Assembly: GCA_965657465.1 (NCBI GenBank)
Contig: CBFHOT010000003.1
Span: 1,460-65,459, forward strand
DNA length: 64,000 nt
Direction: 5' to 3'
DNA from: Cyanobacteriota bacterium
Lineage (GTDB): Bacteria > Cyanobacteriota > Cyanobacteriia > PCC-6307 > Cyanobiaceae
The translations under genes and the position numbers were made by a program. Positions 1-10,881 of the stretch are shown here, in pieces (within the stretch, counting starts at the first letter, position 1; each line of letters starts with the position of its first letter). The notes under the pieces are model-generated. The model did no database searches, was not told the DNA's origin, and worked only from the letters and a program-made list of their open reading frames with translations.

Positions 1-2
1 AC

Positions 3-1322
3 GACCCCTACAACGGCGGCACCCACCTGCCGGACATCACGGCGATCAGCCCGGTGTTCGCCGGCCAGCCGGCGCCGGTGTTCTATGTGGCCAGCCGCGG
101 GCACCACGCCGATGTCGGCGGCATCACCCCCGGCTCGATGCCCGCCTTCAGCCGCAGCATCGCCGAGGAGGGTCTGCTGCTCGACAACGTGCCCCTGCTG
201 CAGGCCGGCCAGTGGGATGAGCCGGCCTGGCGGCGACGCCTCGGCGACGGCGACCATCCGGTGCGCAACCCCGATCAGCTGCTGGCCGATCTGCAGGCCC
301 AGGTGGCGGCCAACCGGCTCGGCTGCCAGGAGCTGGAGCGGCTGGTGCAGCGCAGTGGCCTGGCCGAGGTGCAGGCCTACATGGGCCATGTGCAGGCCAA
401 TGCGGCGGCGGCCGTGCGCCGCGCCATCCGCCGCCTGCGCTCCGGCCAGGCCGTGGTGGAGCTCGATGACGGCCACCGCCTGCAGGTGGCGGTGAGCGTG
501 GATGCCGAGCGCGGCTGCGCCCGCATCGACTGCAGCGGCACCTCGCCGCAGCATCCCGGCAATCTCAATGCGCCGCTGGCGATCACCAAGGCCGTGGTGC
601 TCTACGTGTTCCGCTGCCTGGTGGGGGAGGCGATCCCGCTCAACGCCGGCTGCTTCGAGCCGCTGGAGCTGGTGGTGCCCGAGGGTTGCCTGCTGCATCC
701 GCGGCCGCCGGCCGCTGTGGTGGCCGGCAATGTGGAAACCTCCCAGGCCCTGGCCAATGCCCTGCTGCTCGCCCTGGGGGTGCAGGCCGCCTCCCAGGGC
801 ACGATGAACAACCTCAGCTTCGGCGACGCCGAGCGCCAGTACTACGAAACGATCTGCGGTGGCAGCGGCGCCGGCCCCGGCTACGCCGGCGCCGCGGCGG
901 TGCAGACCCACATGACCAACTCCCGCCTCACCGATCCGGAGGTGCTGGAAACCCGCTTTCCGGTGCGGCTGGAGCGGTTCGCGATCCGCCGCGGCTCCGG
1001 TGGTGCCGGCCGCTGGCCCGGCGGCGATGGCGTGGTGCGGCAGCTGCGCTTCCTGGCGCCTCTCAGCGTCGGCGTGATCTCCCAGAGCCGGCGGGTGCCG
1101 CCCAGTGGCCTGGCCGGAGGCGGCGCCGGCCAGGTGGGCTGCAACCGGCTGCTGCGGCGCGATGGCCGCGAGCAGATCCTGCCCGCTGCGGTGCAGCTGG
1201 AGCTGGCGGCGGGCGATGCGCTGCGGATCGAAACGCCCGGCGGCGGCGGCTATGGCGCGCCTGCCGGGGCGGCTGGTTCAACAACTGCTACAGAGCCTGG
1301 TCGGCCCCCGGCATCTCCTTAA
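3..1322 (+). CDS. 5-oxoprolinase / hydantoinase B domain, 3' part (gene begins upstream of window)
   Basis: Frame open from position 3 ([13 protein letters not shown]); motifs [49 protein letters not shown]. Confidence 0.93.
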   Translation, partial: DPYNGGTHLPDITAISPVFAGQPAPVFYVASRGHHADVGGITPGSMPAFSRSIAEEGLLLDNVPLLQAGQWDEPAWRRRLGDGDHPVRNPDQLLADLQAQVAANRLGCQELERLVQRSGLAEVQAYMGHVQANAAAAVRRAIRRLRSGQAVVELDDGHRLQVAVSVDAERGCARIDCSGTSPQHPGNLNAPLAITKAVVLYVFRCLVGEAIPLNAGCFEPLELVVPEGCLLHPRPPAAVVAGNVETSQALANALLLALGVQAASQGTMNNLSFGDAERQYYETICGGSGAGPGYAGAAAVQTHMTNSRLTDPEVLETRFPVRLERFAIRRGSGGAGRWPGGDGVVRQLRFLAPLSVGVISQSRRVPPSGLAGGGAGQVGCNRLLRRDGREQILPAAVQLELAAGDALRIETPGGGGYGAPAGAAGSTTATEPGRPPASP

Positions 1323-1364
1323 CACTGCGCTCACGGGCAACCCTGCCTCGCCCCTGCGCTGCCG

Positions 1365-2774
1365 ATGACCGCCCTGATCAGCTACTCCAGGATTCTGGAG
1401 ATCGTGGGGGACATCATCCGCGTGGAGGTGCCCCCGGGCGGTGAGGGCGATGCGTCGGCGCCGCGCTTCAACGATCTGGCGGTGCTCCAGAACGCCGACG
1501 GCAGCACCTCCCTGGCCCAGGTGATCGATCTGCAGCAGCGCTCGGTGGCGCTGCAGGTGTTCCGCGGCACCAAGGGGGTGTCAACCAACTCGCAGGTGCG
1601 CTTTCTCGGCCATCCGATGACGGCCACCTATTCCGGCAACATCCTCGGCCGGGTGTTCCGGGGCACGGGCGAGCCGATCGATGGCGGCCCCGACCTCTCC
1701 CAGGATCCGCGGGTGCCGATCGGTGGACCGTCGGTGAATCCGATGTGCCGCATCCTGGCTTCCCGGATGATCCGCACCAACGTGCCGATGATCGACGTGT
1801 ACAACACGTTGGTGGAGAGCCAGAAGATTCCGATCTTCTCGGTGTCCGGCGAGCCCTTCAATCCCTTCCTGGCGCGCATCGGCATTCAGGCCGATGCCGA
1901 TGTGGTGGTGTTCGGTGGCCTGGGGCTGATCTTTGACGACTACTACGCCTTCCGCAAGACCTTTGAAGAGGCCGGCGTGTTTCCGCGCACGGTGATGTTC
2001 GTGAATCTGGCCTCCGATCCGATCGTGGAGCGGATTCTGATCCCCGATATGGCCCTGGCGGTAGCCGAGAAGTTTGCGGTGGAGGAGGGCAAGCGGGTGC
2101 TGGTGCTGCTCAGTGACATGACCGCCTTCGCCGATGGGCTGAAGGAGATCAGCATCGCCATGGATCAGGTGCCGGCCAATCGCGGCTATCCCGGCAATCT
2201 CTACTCCGAGCTGGCGCGCCGCTATGAAAAGGCGGCCGATTACGCCAAGGGGGGATCGGTCACCGTGCTCACGGTGACCACCATGCCCGGTGATGATGTG
2301 ACCCATCCGGTGCCCGATAACACCGGCTACATCACCGAGGGGCAGTTCTATCTGCACGACGGCATGATCGATCCCTTCGGCTCGCTCTCGCGCCTCAAGC
2401 AGAATGTGATCGGCAAGGTGACCCGCGAAGATCACAGCCAGATCATGAACACCACCATTCGCCTCTATGCCGGTGCCAGAGACGCCCAGCAGAAGCAGGC
2501 GATGGCCTTTGAGCTGTCGGATTTCGACCGCAAGCTGATCCGCTTCGGTGATCTCTTCCGCCAGCGGTTCATGGATATCAATGTGGATCTGGCGCTGGAA
2601 GCCGCCCTTGATCTCGCCTGGCAAACCCTGGCGGAGTGTTTTGAACCGCAGGAGCTGCTGATGAAGCAGGAGCTGATCGACAAGTACTTCCCAGCCAAGC
2701 AGGACTCCCCAGCCAAGCAGGACGTCCCGACCCAGCAGGCGGCTGTTGCGGCTGCTGCCCCTGCGGCGCCATGA
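1365..2774 (+). CDS. ntpB: V/A-type ATP synthase subunit B
   Basis: QKIPIFSVSGEP, RGYPGNLYSELA, TMPGDDVTHPVPDNTGYITEGQ, DPFGSLSRL; no intact Walker A (non-catalytic subunit). Confidence 0.95.
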   Translation: MTALISYSRILEIVGDIIRVEVPPGGEGDASAPRFNDLAVLQNADGSTSLAQVIDLQQRSVALQVFRGTKGVSTNSQVRFLGHPMTATYSGNILGRVFRGTGEPIDGGPDLSQDPRVPIGGPSVNPMCRILASRMIRTNVPMIDVYNTLVESQKIPIFSVSGEPFNPFLARIGIQADADVVVFGGLGLIFDDYYAFRKTFEEAGVFPRTVMFVNLASDPIVERILIPDMALAVAEKFAVEEGKRVLVLLSDMTAFADGLKEISIAMDQVPANRGYPGNLYSELARRYEKAADYAKGGSVTVLTVTTMPGDDVTHPVPDNTGYITEGQFYLHDGMIDPFGSLSRLKQNVIGKVTREDHSQIMNTTIRLYAGARDAQQKQAMAFELSDFDRKLIRFGDLFRQRFMDINVDLALEAALDLAWQTLAECFEPQELLMKQELIDKYFPAKQDSPAKQDVPTQQAAVAAAAPAAP

Positions 2775-3382
2775 CCCGGCTCTCCCTCACCAAGGCCTCC
2801 CTCAGCCGCCAGAAGGCGCTGCTCAAGACCTATCACGACGTGCTGCCGTCGCTGGATCTCAAGCGCCGCCAGCTGGGGGCCGAGCGGGAGCAGGCCCGCC
2901 GGCAGTTGCAGGAGGCGCGCACGCGGGCCGCGGCGATCGCCGCCGAGGTGGGGCGGGCCTGCCCGATGCTGGCCCATGAGCGCATTGATCTCTCGGGGCT
3001 GGTCACCATCGCCGCCGTGCATCAGGTGGAGGAGAACCTGATGGGCACCCGCCTGCCCAGGCTGGAACGGGTGGAGTTTCAGATCGCTCCCTACGGCCTG
3101 CTCAGCCGTCCCTTCTGGGTGGATGCCGTGGTGAGTTGGCTGCAGGAGGCCCTGCGCAATCAGCTGCAGCTGCAGGTGGCCGAGCAGCGGCTGATGCTGC
3201 TGCAGCAGGCGGAGCGCAAGGTGACCCAGCGTTTCAATCTGTTCGACAAGGTGCTGATCCCCCGCACCCGCAGCCAGATCAAGGCGATCACGATCTATCT
3301 GGCCGATGCCGAGCGGGCCAGTGTCGTCAATTCCAAGATCGCCAAGCGCAAGAAGCGGCAGCCGGCCGCGCTCGTGCCATGA
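2771..3382 (+). CDS. ntpD: V/A-type ATP synthase subunit D
   Basis: LPSLDLKRRQL and RKVTQRFNLFDKVLIP motifs; ATGA overlap with subunit B. Confidence 0.93.
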   Translation: MTRLSLTKASLSRQKALLKTYHDVLPSLDLKRRQLGAEREQARRQLQEARTRAAAIAAEVGRACPMLAHERIDLSGLVTIAAVHQVEENLMGTRLPRLERVEFQIAPYGLLSRPFWVDAVVSWLQEALRNQLQLQVAEQRLMLLQQAERKVTQRFNLFDKVLIPRTRSQIKAITIYLADAERASVVNSKIAKRKKRQPAALVP

Positions 3383-5187
3383 CGATCATTCCCTTGGTCA
3401 AGGTGACGCTGCTCGGCCTCTCCGCCGATCGCGAGGCCCTGCTCGATGGCCTGCAGAGCCTCGGTTGCCTGCACCTGATCCCCCTGGGTGATGCTCCGGC
3501 TGAGGAGGCTTTCACGCAGTCGCGGCCCAGTGAGGAGGCGCGCCGGGCGCTGCGCTATCTGAGCGATGTGCGCCGCCGCCGCCATCAGACGCGGGTGGAT
3601 GCCGCGTTCGACTTCGATCGGATCGTGGCTGAGGCCCTCGCCAACCGCAGCCAGCGCCAGCAGGCCGAAGACCGCGTGCTGGCGCTGCGCAAGCGCTGCG
3701 AGGAGCTCAGGCCCTGGGGCAACTTTGAGCTGCCCGACCTCGACGAGCTGGGGGGCTGTCGCCTCTGGTTCTACCGGGTGCCCCATCCCAAGGTGGCGGT
3801 CTTCCACCAGGCCCTCGCCCAGCTGGAGCTGCCCTGGCAGTGCCTGCATGCCAGCAACCGGCATCAGTACATCGTGCTGATCGCTCTCCAGGAGCCCGAT
3901 GCCGATTGTCTGCCGGTGCCGCGCTCCCACGTGGGCGCGCAGTCCCATCGGGATGTGCAGCTGGAACTGGATGCCGCCGTCAGCGCCCTGGAGGATGTGG
4001 AGGCCGAGCATGAGTCGCTCAGCCGCTGGGCCTTCCTGCTCTCCAAGCACCTCTGCCAGGCGGAGGATGCCCAGGCCCGCGAGCAGGCCAGCGGCATGGC
4101 CCTCGACGACAACACCCTGGTGCAGTTGCAGGGTTGGCTTCCCCGGCCGCTGCTGCCGCGGTTGGAGGCGTTCGCCGGCCACCAGGGACTGGCGGTGCTG
4201 GCTGAGGTGCCCCAGCCCAGCGACACGCCACCGACGCTGTTGCGCAATCCGCCGGCCCTCAGCGGCGGCCAGGATCTGGTCACCTTCTACGAAACCCCCG
4301 CCTATCGCGACTGGGATCCGTCGATCGTCGTCTTCTTTTCCTTTGCCTTCTTCTTCGCCATGATCCTGGCGGATGCCGGCTATGCCCTGGTGCTGGCGGT
4401 GGTGCTGGGCCTGCGCTGGAAGGCGATGGGGCGTTCCGCTGGCGGCCGCCACTTCCGCCTCCTCGCCTGCTTCGGCCTGGTGCTGGCCTTGCTCTATGGA
4501 ATCCTCGCCGGCAGTTATTTCGGCGTGGAGCCGCCGGCTGGATCACCGCTGGCCCATCTGAAGCTGCTGGATCTCAACGACTTCAGCGCGATGATGCAGC
4601 TCTCGCTGCTCGTGGGTTGCGCCCATCTGCTGCTGGCCAACGGGATCGTGGCCCTGCGCGCCCATTCCCTGGCCCAGCGCGCTTCGCCCCTGGGCTGGAT
4701 GACGGTGATCGTCGGCGGGCTGACGCTCTTTCTGGGCAAGGCGGCACCCCCCGCCCTGCACCTGGGCATCGGCCTGATCGTGGCGGGTCTGCTCACCGTT
4801 CTGGTGCTCAGCAGTGAACGCCGCATCCAGCATCCGGCCGATCTGCTGCTGCGGCTGCTCGATGGCCTGGGATCGCTCACCGCCATCTCCAAGTTGTTCG
4901 GTGATGTGATGAGTTATCTGCGCCTGTTCGCCCTTGGCTTGGCCAGTGCGTCGCTGGCGCTCACCTTCAATCAGCTGGCGGCTCAGGTGTCCCGCTCCGA
5001 TCTGTCCCTGGGCGTGCCGATCGCCCTGCTGATCCTGGTGCTCGGCCATGGCATCAATCTGCTGTTGGCGATCATCAGTGGATTTGTCCATGGCCTCCGC
5101 TTGAATTTCATCGAGTTCTTCAACTGGGGGCTCTCCGGGGAAGGAGTTCCCTTCAGGCCTTTCATCAAAAAGGAGCTTGCCTCTTGA
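3379..5187 (+). CDS. ntpI: V/A-type ATP synthase subunit I (a)
   Basis: ATG at 3379 overlaps D stop; hydrophilic N-half, DPS..FFAMILADAGY, SYLRLFALGLAS (essential Arg), HGLRLNFIEFF. Confidence 0.95.
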   Translation: MTIIPLVKVTLLGLSADREALLDGLQSLGCLHLIPLGDAPAEEAFTQSRPSEEARRALRYLSDVRRRRHQTRVDAAFDFDRIVAEALANRSQRQQAEDRVLALRKRCEELRPWGNFELPDLDELGGCRLWFYRVPHPKVAVFHQALAQLELPWQCLHASNRHQYIVLIALQEPDADCLPVPRSHVGAQSHRDVQLELDAAVSALEDVEAEHESLSRWAFLLSKHLCQAEDAQAREQASGMALDDNTLVQLQGWLPRPLLPRLEAFAGHQGLAVLAEVPQPSDTPPTLLRNPPALSGGQDLVTFYETPAYRDWDPSIVVFFSFAFFFAMILADAGYALVLAVVLGLRWKAMGRSAGGRHFRLLACFGLVLALLYGILAGSYFGVEPPAGSPLAHLKLLDLNDFSAMMQLSLLVGCAHLLLANGIVALRAHSLAQRASPLGWMTVIVGGLTLFLGKAAPPALHLGIGLIVAGLLTVLVLSSERRIQHPADLLLRLLDGLGSLTAISKLFGDVMSYLRLFALGLASASLALTFNQLAAQVSRSDLSLGVPIALLILVLGHGINLLLAIISGFVHGLRLNFIEFFNWGLSGEGVPFRPFIKKELAS

Positions 5188-5639
5188 ACGACCACTTCGC
5201 TCTTCTTGCCCTCGGCTGGATCGGCATCTACGCGCCGGTGGCCCTCGGTGCCATCGGTGCGGCCATCGGCTGCACGATCGCCGGTCAGGCGGCCATCGGC
5301 GCGATGATGGAGGTGAACAGCGGCTATGGGCGCTTCGTCGGTCTCTCCGCCCTTCCCTCCTCGATGTCGATCTACGGCATCGTGGTGATGTTCATCCTCA
5401 ATCGGCCGGTGCAGCCGATCAACGCCGGCGCCCTGTTCGGCCTGGGGGTGCTCTCCGGTCTCGCCTTCCTGCTGGCGGCCATCTATCAGGGGCTGTGCTG
5501 CGCGTCGGCGATTTCCGGTTCGAAGTCGAAGCCGGAAATCTTCGGTCTGTCGCTGGCACCGGCGGCGATTGTGGAGGGCTTTGCCGTGTTCGCCTTCGTG
5601 TTCGCCCTCGTTGCCGCCGGTGGCATCCCCAGCAAGTGA
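5184..5639 (+). CDS. ntpK: V/A-type ATP synthase subunit K (c, four-helix proteolipid)
   Basis: 151 aa, four hydrophobic helices, LPSSMSIYG, IYQG, IVEGFA (ion-binding Glu); TTG start overlaps I stop. Confidence 0.92.
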   Translation: MNDHFALLALGWIGIYAPVALGAIGAAIGCTIAGQAAIGAMMEVNSGYGRFVGLSALPSSMSIYGIVVMFILNRPVQPINAGALFGLGVLSGLAFLLAAIYQGLCCASAISGSKSKPEIFGLSLAPAAIVEGFAVFAFVFALVAAGGIPSK

Positions 5640-5726
5640 TCGCCATCGCCGCGCCATGGGCGATGCCCCTGGTTGCGAGTCCGCTCGCGTCGTCTTTGTT
5701 CGCTGTTCGTTCTGCACCGTCCTTCG

Positions 5727-6428
5727 ATGTCCAGGTCCCGAAGCAACCGTGCCGACACCCCTGCCCAGGTGGCCTCGGGCGTGGAGGAGCTGATCACCCG
5801 GCTGCGCGAGCAGGGGGTGGCTGCCGGCCGCACTGAGGCGGATCGGCTCATCGCCGAGGCCCGCGCCGAGGCGCAGCGCACCCTGGCTCAGGCCCGCCAG
5901 CAGGCGCAGCAGATCGTGGAGCAGGCCCGCACCGAGGCGCAGACGCTGGAGAGTTCCGGCCGCCAGGCGCTGGAGTTGGCGCTGCGCGATGCGGTCCTGG
6001 CGCTCAAGTCCCAGCTGATGGAGCGCTTCCGCGGTGAGGTGCGCCAGCTGGTGGGCGAGGAGCAGCAGAAACAGGAACTGCTGGAGAAGATGATTGTGGA
6101 GGTGGTGGGCCGGGTGCGCGAGGAGGCCGATCGCTCCGGCCAGATCGAGGTGATCCTGCCCCGCCACATCGTGGGCCTCGAGGAGTTGAGCCAGAACCCG
6201 CAGGAGCTGGAGCACGGCGTGCTCACGCGCTTTGTGCAGCTCGTGTCGCAGGGCCTGCTGCGGGAGGGCGTCAGCTTCGGTGTGGCCAGCGATCAGCGCC
6301 AGGGTTTGCGCCTGCGCCTGGTGGACCGCGATGTGGTGCTCGATCTCAGCGAGGCCACCGTCGCCGAGACGATCCTGCAGCACCTGCAACCGCGCTTCCG
6401 GGCTCTGCTGGAGGGCGTTGTGAAATGA
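5727..6428 (+). CDS. ntpE: V/A-type ATP synthase subunit E
   Basis: GVEELITRLREQGV followed by Ala/Glu/Gln coiled coil, C-terminal LQPRFRALLEG; operon context. Confidence 0.85.
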   Translation: MSRSRSNRADTPAQVASGVEELITRLREQGVAAGRTEADRLIAEARAEAQRTLAQARQQAQQIVEQARTEAQTLESSGRQALELALRDAVLALKSQLMERFRGEVRQLVGEEQQKQELLEKMIVEVVGRVREEADRSGQIEVILPRHIVGLEELSQNPQELEHGVLTRFVQLVSQGLLREGVSFGVASDQRQGLRLRLVDRDVVLDLSEATVAETILQHLQPRFRALLEGVVK

Positions 6429-7150
6429 GCCTGCAGGTTGCGCTGCCCTGGCGGGCACCCCGCTACACGCTGCTGATGGCCAGCCTGCCGCCCCTGGGGG
6501 GGCTGTTCGAGGCGCGCTCACCGGCCATTTCGCTGCTCAAGCTGCAGAGCCGGCTGCAGAGCCTGCTGCATCCGGAGGATCAGCGCACCCTCGATCTGCT
6601 GGCGAGCTTCCTCTCCCAGGCGGTGCGCGATGACGACAGCCTGGCGGGGCCGATCGATGCCCGCCTGTTGCAGTCGGCCCAGGGCTTCTTCGCCCAGGTG
6701 GCCAATCCCACTCTGCGGCAGCTGGTGACCAACCGCCTGGATCTGCGCACGATCCTGGCCGCCCTGCGCCGGCGCCATCGCGGTGAGAGCGAGCCCCCCC
6801 GGGGGGAGATCTGGGGCTTCGGCAGCTGGGTGCCGGCGATCGAGCAACGCTGGAAGGAGCCGGCCTTCGGGCTCGACGCGGTGTTCCCCTGGATCCCCGA
6901 GGTGCATCGCCTGCTGGAGGCCGGTGATCTGGTGAACCTGGAACGCAGCCTGTTCGCGGTGATCTGGAAGGATCTCGATCGCCTCGGCGCCGGCCACCTG
7001 TTTGATTTCGAGGCGGTGGTGATCTACGTGGCCCGCTGGGCGCTGGTGGATCGCTGGTCCCGCTACGACGCCGAAGCCGCCGAAGCCCGCTTCGCCGCCC
7101 TGGTGGAGGCGGCGCTCCCTGCCCATCAACCTGTCGCTGCCGGCCGATGA
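6425..7150 (+). CDS. DUF2764-family protein (subunit C-like position in V-type ATPase operons)
   Basis: YTLLMASLP N-terminus and HLFDFEAVVIY..RW motif; sits between E and A with overlapping codons. Confidence 0.75.
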   Translation: MSLQVALPWRAPRYTLLMASLPPLGGLFEARSPAISLLKLQSRLQSLLHPEDQRTLDLLASFLSQAVRDDDSLAGPIDARLLQSAQGFFAQVANPTLRQLVTNRLDLRTILAALRRRHRGESEPPRGEIWGFGSWVPAIEQRWKEPAFGLDAVFPWIPEVHRLLEAGDLVNLERSLFAVIWKDLDRLGAGHLFDFEAVVIYVARWALVDRWSRYDAEAAEARFAALVEAALPAHQPVAAGR

Positions 7151-9030
7151 CCGACGCCCCCTTCCCGTCCGATCGCTCTCAATCCGATCGCTTCCAGCCC
7201 GATCACTTCCAGCCGGCTCGTGTGATCGCCGTTCAGGACGACCTGGTGACGATTGCCATGGCCGAGACCGATCCGCGGCCGATCCTCAAGAACGAGGTGA
7301 TCTACATCCTGCCCCGGCGCCTCGATGGCGACCGCCAGGAGCGGCTGAAGGCCGAAGTGCTGCGGGTGCATGGCACCACCGCCGATGCCCAGGTGTATGA
7401 GAGCACCAAGGGCGTGGGTGTGGGCGATCCGGTGGAGCAGACCGGTGAACTGCTCTCGGTGACCCTCGGCCCCGGTCTGCTCGGCCAGGTGTACGACGGT
7501 CTGCAGAATCCGCTCGCCGCCCTGGCGGCGGGCTACGGCACCTTCCTGCCGCGCGGTGCCGCGGCACCCCCGCTCGATGGCGAGCGCAAGTGGTCGTTTC
7601 AGTCGGTCGCGCGGATGGGGGATCGCCTGCGGGCCGGTGATGTGATCGGCACCGTGCAGGAGGGCCGCTTCACCCACAAGATCATGGTGCCCTTCGCCGA
7701 GCCGGGGGAGGTGACGCTGGAGTGGATTCAGCAGGGCAGCTTCACCGTCGATACAGCCGTGGCGCGCATCCGCGACGGCCGCGGCAATGTGCGTTCGCTC
7801 ACCCTCACCCAGGACTGGCCGGTGCGCCGCTCGTTGCCCCAGGGGCTGCTGGAGCGACGGCTGTGCGAGCGCCTCTATCCCGAGGAGCCGCTGATCACCA
7901 CCCAGCGGATTGTTGACACCTTTCTGCCGATCGCCCGCGGCGGCACCGGCTGCATTCCGGGGCCCTTCGGCGCCGGCAAAACGGTGCTGCAGAACATGAT
8001 CTCCCGCCACTCGGATGTGGATCTGGTGATCGTGGTGGCCTGCGGCGAGCGGGCCGGGGAGGTGGTGGAGACGATCACCGAATTTCCCAAGCTCGTGGAT
8101 CCGAAGACCGGCGGATCGCTGATGGATCGCACGATCATCATCTGCAACACCTCCTCGATGCCGGTGGCGGCGCGGGAGGCCTCGATTTATACCGGTCTGA
8201 CCCTGGGCGAGTATTACCGGCAGATGGGATTCCATGTGTTGCTGATCGCCGACTCCACGTCCCGTTGGGCTCAGGCGATGCGGGAAACCTCGGGCCGACT
8301 GGAGGAGATCCCTGGTGAGGAAGCGTTTCCGGCCTACCTCGATTCCTCGATCAAAGCCGTTTATGAGCGGGCGGGCATCATCCGCAGCAACGATGGCAGC
8401 ACCGGCAGCCTGACGATGATCGGCACGGTGTCACCGGCGGGGGGTAATTTCGAGGAGCCTGTCACCCAGTCTACCCTCAGCACCGTCAAGACCTTTCTGG
8501 GTTTGAGCGCCGATCGGGCCTACAAGCGCTTCTATCCGGCCGTGGATCTGCTGCTCTCCTGGTCACGTTACTTTGGCCAGCTTGAGGGTTGGTTTGCGCG
8601 TCATGTGGCCCCTGACTGGGTGAAACGCGTGCAGGCGATGACCGATCTGCTCCATCGCGGTGATGCGGTGAATCAGATGATTCAGGTGACCGGGGAGGAG
8701 GGGATCACCCTGGAGGATTTCATCCTCTATCAGAAGGCGCTGTTCCTCGACATGGTGTATCTGCAGCAGGATGCTTTCGATGAGGTCGATTCCAGCTGCC
8801 CGATCGAGCGTCAGCAGGCGTCCTTTGATCTGGTGTGCGAGTTGCTTGATCGCCCCTACGCCTTTAGCGACAAGGCCGTCGTGCGCGCGTTCTTCACCCG
8901 CCTGACCGGTCTGTTCAAGAACCTCAACTACGCCGCCTCCGATTCGCCGACCTACGCCAGTTACCTGAGCCAGATCCGCGAACTGGTGGACGCTCAGCTG
9001 CAGCTCCCCGCCTCAGCGGTGCCATCCTGA
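7147..9030 (+). CDS. ntpA: V/A-type ATP synthase subunit A (catalytic)
   Basis: Walker [57 protein letters not shown]. Confidence 0.96.
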   Translation: MTDAPFPSDRSQSDRFQPDHFQPARVIAVQDDLVTIAMAETDPRPILKNEVIYILPRRLDGDRQERLKAEVLRVHGTTADAQVYESTKGVGVGDPVEQTGELLSVTLGPGLLGQVYDGLQNPLAALAAGYGTFLPRGAAAPPLDGERKWSFQSVARMGDRLRAGDVIGTVQEGRFTHKIMVPFAEPGEVTLEWIQQGSFTVDTAVARIRDGRGNVRSLTLTQDWPVRRSLPQGLLERRLCERLYPEEPLITTQRIVDTFLPIARGGTGCIPGPFGAGKTVLQNMISRHSDVDLVIVVACGERAGEVVETITEFPKLVDPKTGGSLMDRTIIICNTSSMPVAAREASIYTGLTLGEYYRQMGFHVLLIADSTSRWAQAMRETSGRLEEIPGEEAFPAYLDSSIKAVYERAGIIRSNDGSTGSLTMIGTVSPAGGNFEEPVTQSTLSTVKTFLGLSADRAYKRFYPAVDLLLSWSRYFGQLEGWFARHVAPDWVKRVQAMTDLLHRGDAVNQMIQVTGEEGITLEDFILYQKALFLDMVYLQQDAFDEVDSSCPIERQQASFDLVCELLDRPYAFSDKAVVRAFFTRLTGLFKNLNYAASDSPTYASYLSQIRELVDAQLQLPASAVPS

Positions 9031-9081
9031 GGTCACGGCGCTGGCTGCTCCTGGTGCCGGAATCCGCCAGCGGCAGCGGGC

Positions 9082-9990
9082 TCATTCGGCCAGCAATGTC
9101 TGTCTGGCCTCTTCCAGTCGGGCGCGATCCTCCTCGCTCACGCTGGGGTAGTGCAGGTTGAGGGAGTCCAGCGTCTCGACGATGGCGGCTGCTACCACGA
9201 TGCGCGTGAACCACTTGTTGTCGGCTGGCACCACATACCAGGGAGCCCGCTTGCTGGCTGTGTGGCGAATCATTTCCTCATAGGCCTTCATGTAGTCATC
9301 CCAGTAGGCCCTCTCCTTGATATCGTTGACTGAGAACTTCCAGTTTTTGTCGGGATTGTCCAGGCGCTCGAGGAAGCGTTTCTTCTGTTCCTTCTTGGAG
9401 ACGTGAAGGAAGAATTTGCGGATGACGGTGCCGTTGTTTGACAGGTATTTCTCGTAGTTGCGGATGTCCTTGAAGCGCTTCTCCCAGATGCTGTCGTCGA
9501 TCAGGCTGTCCGGTAGTGTCTGCTTGTGCAGCAGCTCGGGGTGAACCCGCACCACCAGGGTCTCCTCGTAGTAGCTGCGGTTGAAGATGCCGATGCGGCC
9601 CCGTTCCGGCAGGGCGATGTTGCAGCGCCACAGGTAGTCGTGGTCGAGCGCCAGGCCTGAGGGGGCCTTGAAGCTGGTCACCTGGCATCCCTGCGGATTG
9701 ACGCCGCTCATCACATGTTTGATGGTGCCGTCCTTGCCGGCGGCGTCCATCGCCTGGAAGGCCAGTAGCAGGGCCCAGCGATCCTGGGCGTAGAGCATGT
9801 CCTGAAAGGTGGCCAGCAGTTCCACGCCCAGGGCCAGCGCCTCTTTGGCCTGGGGTTTGTCCTCCTGCTCCAGATGCAGGGTGTCGCCAGGATCGATGTC
9901 GCCTAGCCGGAAAGTTTTGCCATCCTCAATCCGGAATGGTTTCACAAACTCCCGAGCCTTCTCGATCAGGGCTTTCTGCTCTTTGTTCAT
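9082..9990 (-). CDS. ppk2: Polyphosphate kinase 2 family protein (class III-like)
   Basis: QAMDAAGKDG, GVNPQG, IFNRSYYE, APWYVVPADNKW. Confidence 0.93.
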   Translation of the reverse strand: MNKEQKALIEKAREFVKPFRIEDGKTFRLGDIDPGDTLHLEQEDKPQAKEALALGVELLATFQDMLYAQDRWALLLAFQAMDAAGKDGTIKHVMSGVNPQGCQVTSFKAPSGLALDHDYLWRCNIALPERGRIGIFNRSYYEETLVVRVHPELLHKQTLPDSLIDDSIWEKRFKDIRNYEKYLSNNGTVIRKFFLHVSKKEQKKRFLERLDNPDKNWKFSVNDIKERAYWDDYMKAYEEMIRHTASKRAPWYVVPADNKWFTRIVVAAAIVETLDSLNLHYPSVSEEDRARLEEARQTLLAE

Positions 9991-10053
9991 GAGTGGCTCA
10001 TGGCGGCGAGTTCTCTGGCTGCAAGGTAGGCCGGGTTGTTGCATCTTGCGGGA

Positions 10054-10791
10054 TCATCCATGTGGCCCTGGGGACTGTCCCGTCGCTCGGCTGGAGGGCG
10101 GCTCCCGGTTGCCCTGGCCATCGCCGTTTGCGCTTGCCCGCTGCTGGCTGGTGTGTTGTTCGCGCAAGCTGAGGCATTTCTGAGCCACCGCCACCAGCAG
10201 GGCTGTGCTCCAGCCGGCCATCAGGATGCCCACCAGGGCTTCCAGGGAGGCGAGCAGCCGGAAGGGGGTTGGTAGGGTGATGTCGCCATAGCCCAGGGAG
10301 GCGAAGGTGACACTGGAAAAGTACAGAGACTGCTCCAGATCGCTAATGGCACCCTGGCTCAGATACAGCAGCGCCCAGGCCAGGATTTCGATCACCATCG
10401 CCAGAAAGGTGATTAGGCCGGTCAGGGCGATCAGGCTGATGCGGTGGCGCGAGGATCGCGAGGCCCAGCGCAGCAGTTGAGGATGTTCATAGCCCTTCAC
10501 CACGGCCAGCGTCACGGCCAGATGAATCAGCGTGCAGGCCAGCACCATCACCGCAGCCAGCAGCAGTTGCTCCAGCAGCTGCGGTGATTGCTGCACCGCC
10601 TGTTCCAGCGCTGCCTCAAGGCTTGGGGCGGTGCTGCTGCCCGCGGCTGGTTCAGCCTGCGCAGCCCGCAGGAGCGACACTCCGATCAGGCTGCTGCCCA
10701 GGGCGGCCGTGGCCAGGGCGCGCAGGGCGGACTTCGGCCCACGGCGCCGCCTGGGGATTGTCGAGGCGTGCAGCAACGAGGAGGCAGTCAT
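10054..10791 (-). CDS. Potassium channel family protein (Ion_trans_2 pore)
   Basis: LYFSSVTFASLGYGD selectivity-filter region flanked by TM helices; start uncertain. Confidence 0.85.
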   Translation of the reverse strand: MTASSLLHASTIPRRRRGPKSALRALATAALGSSLIGVSLLRAAQAEPAAGSSTAPSLEAALEQAVQQSPQLLEQLLLAAVMVLACTLIHLAVTLAVVKGYEHPQLLRWASRSSRHRISLIALTGLITFLAMVIEILAWALLYLSQGAISDLEQSLYFSSVTFASLGYGDITLPTPFRLLASLEALVGILMAGWSTALLVAVAQKCLSLREQHTSQQRASANGDGQGNREPPSSRATGQSPGPHG

Positions 10792-10881
10792 TCATTAAAT
10801 CTCAGATTAGGGCGATTTTCTGGTTGTGCATGGTCTGACGCCATAGGCTGCCGAAGCGATGGTTTCGGTGCTTCCAGTGTG

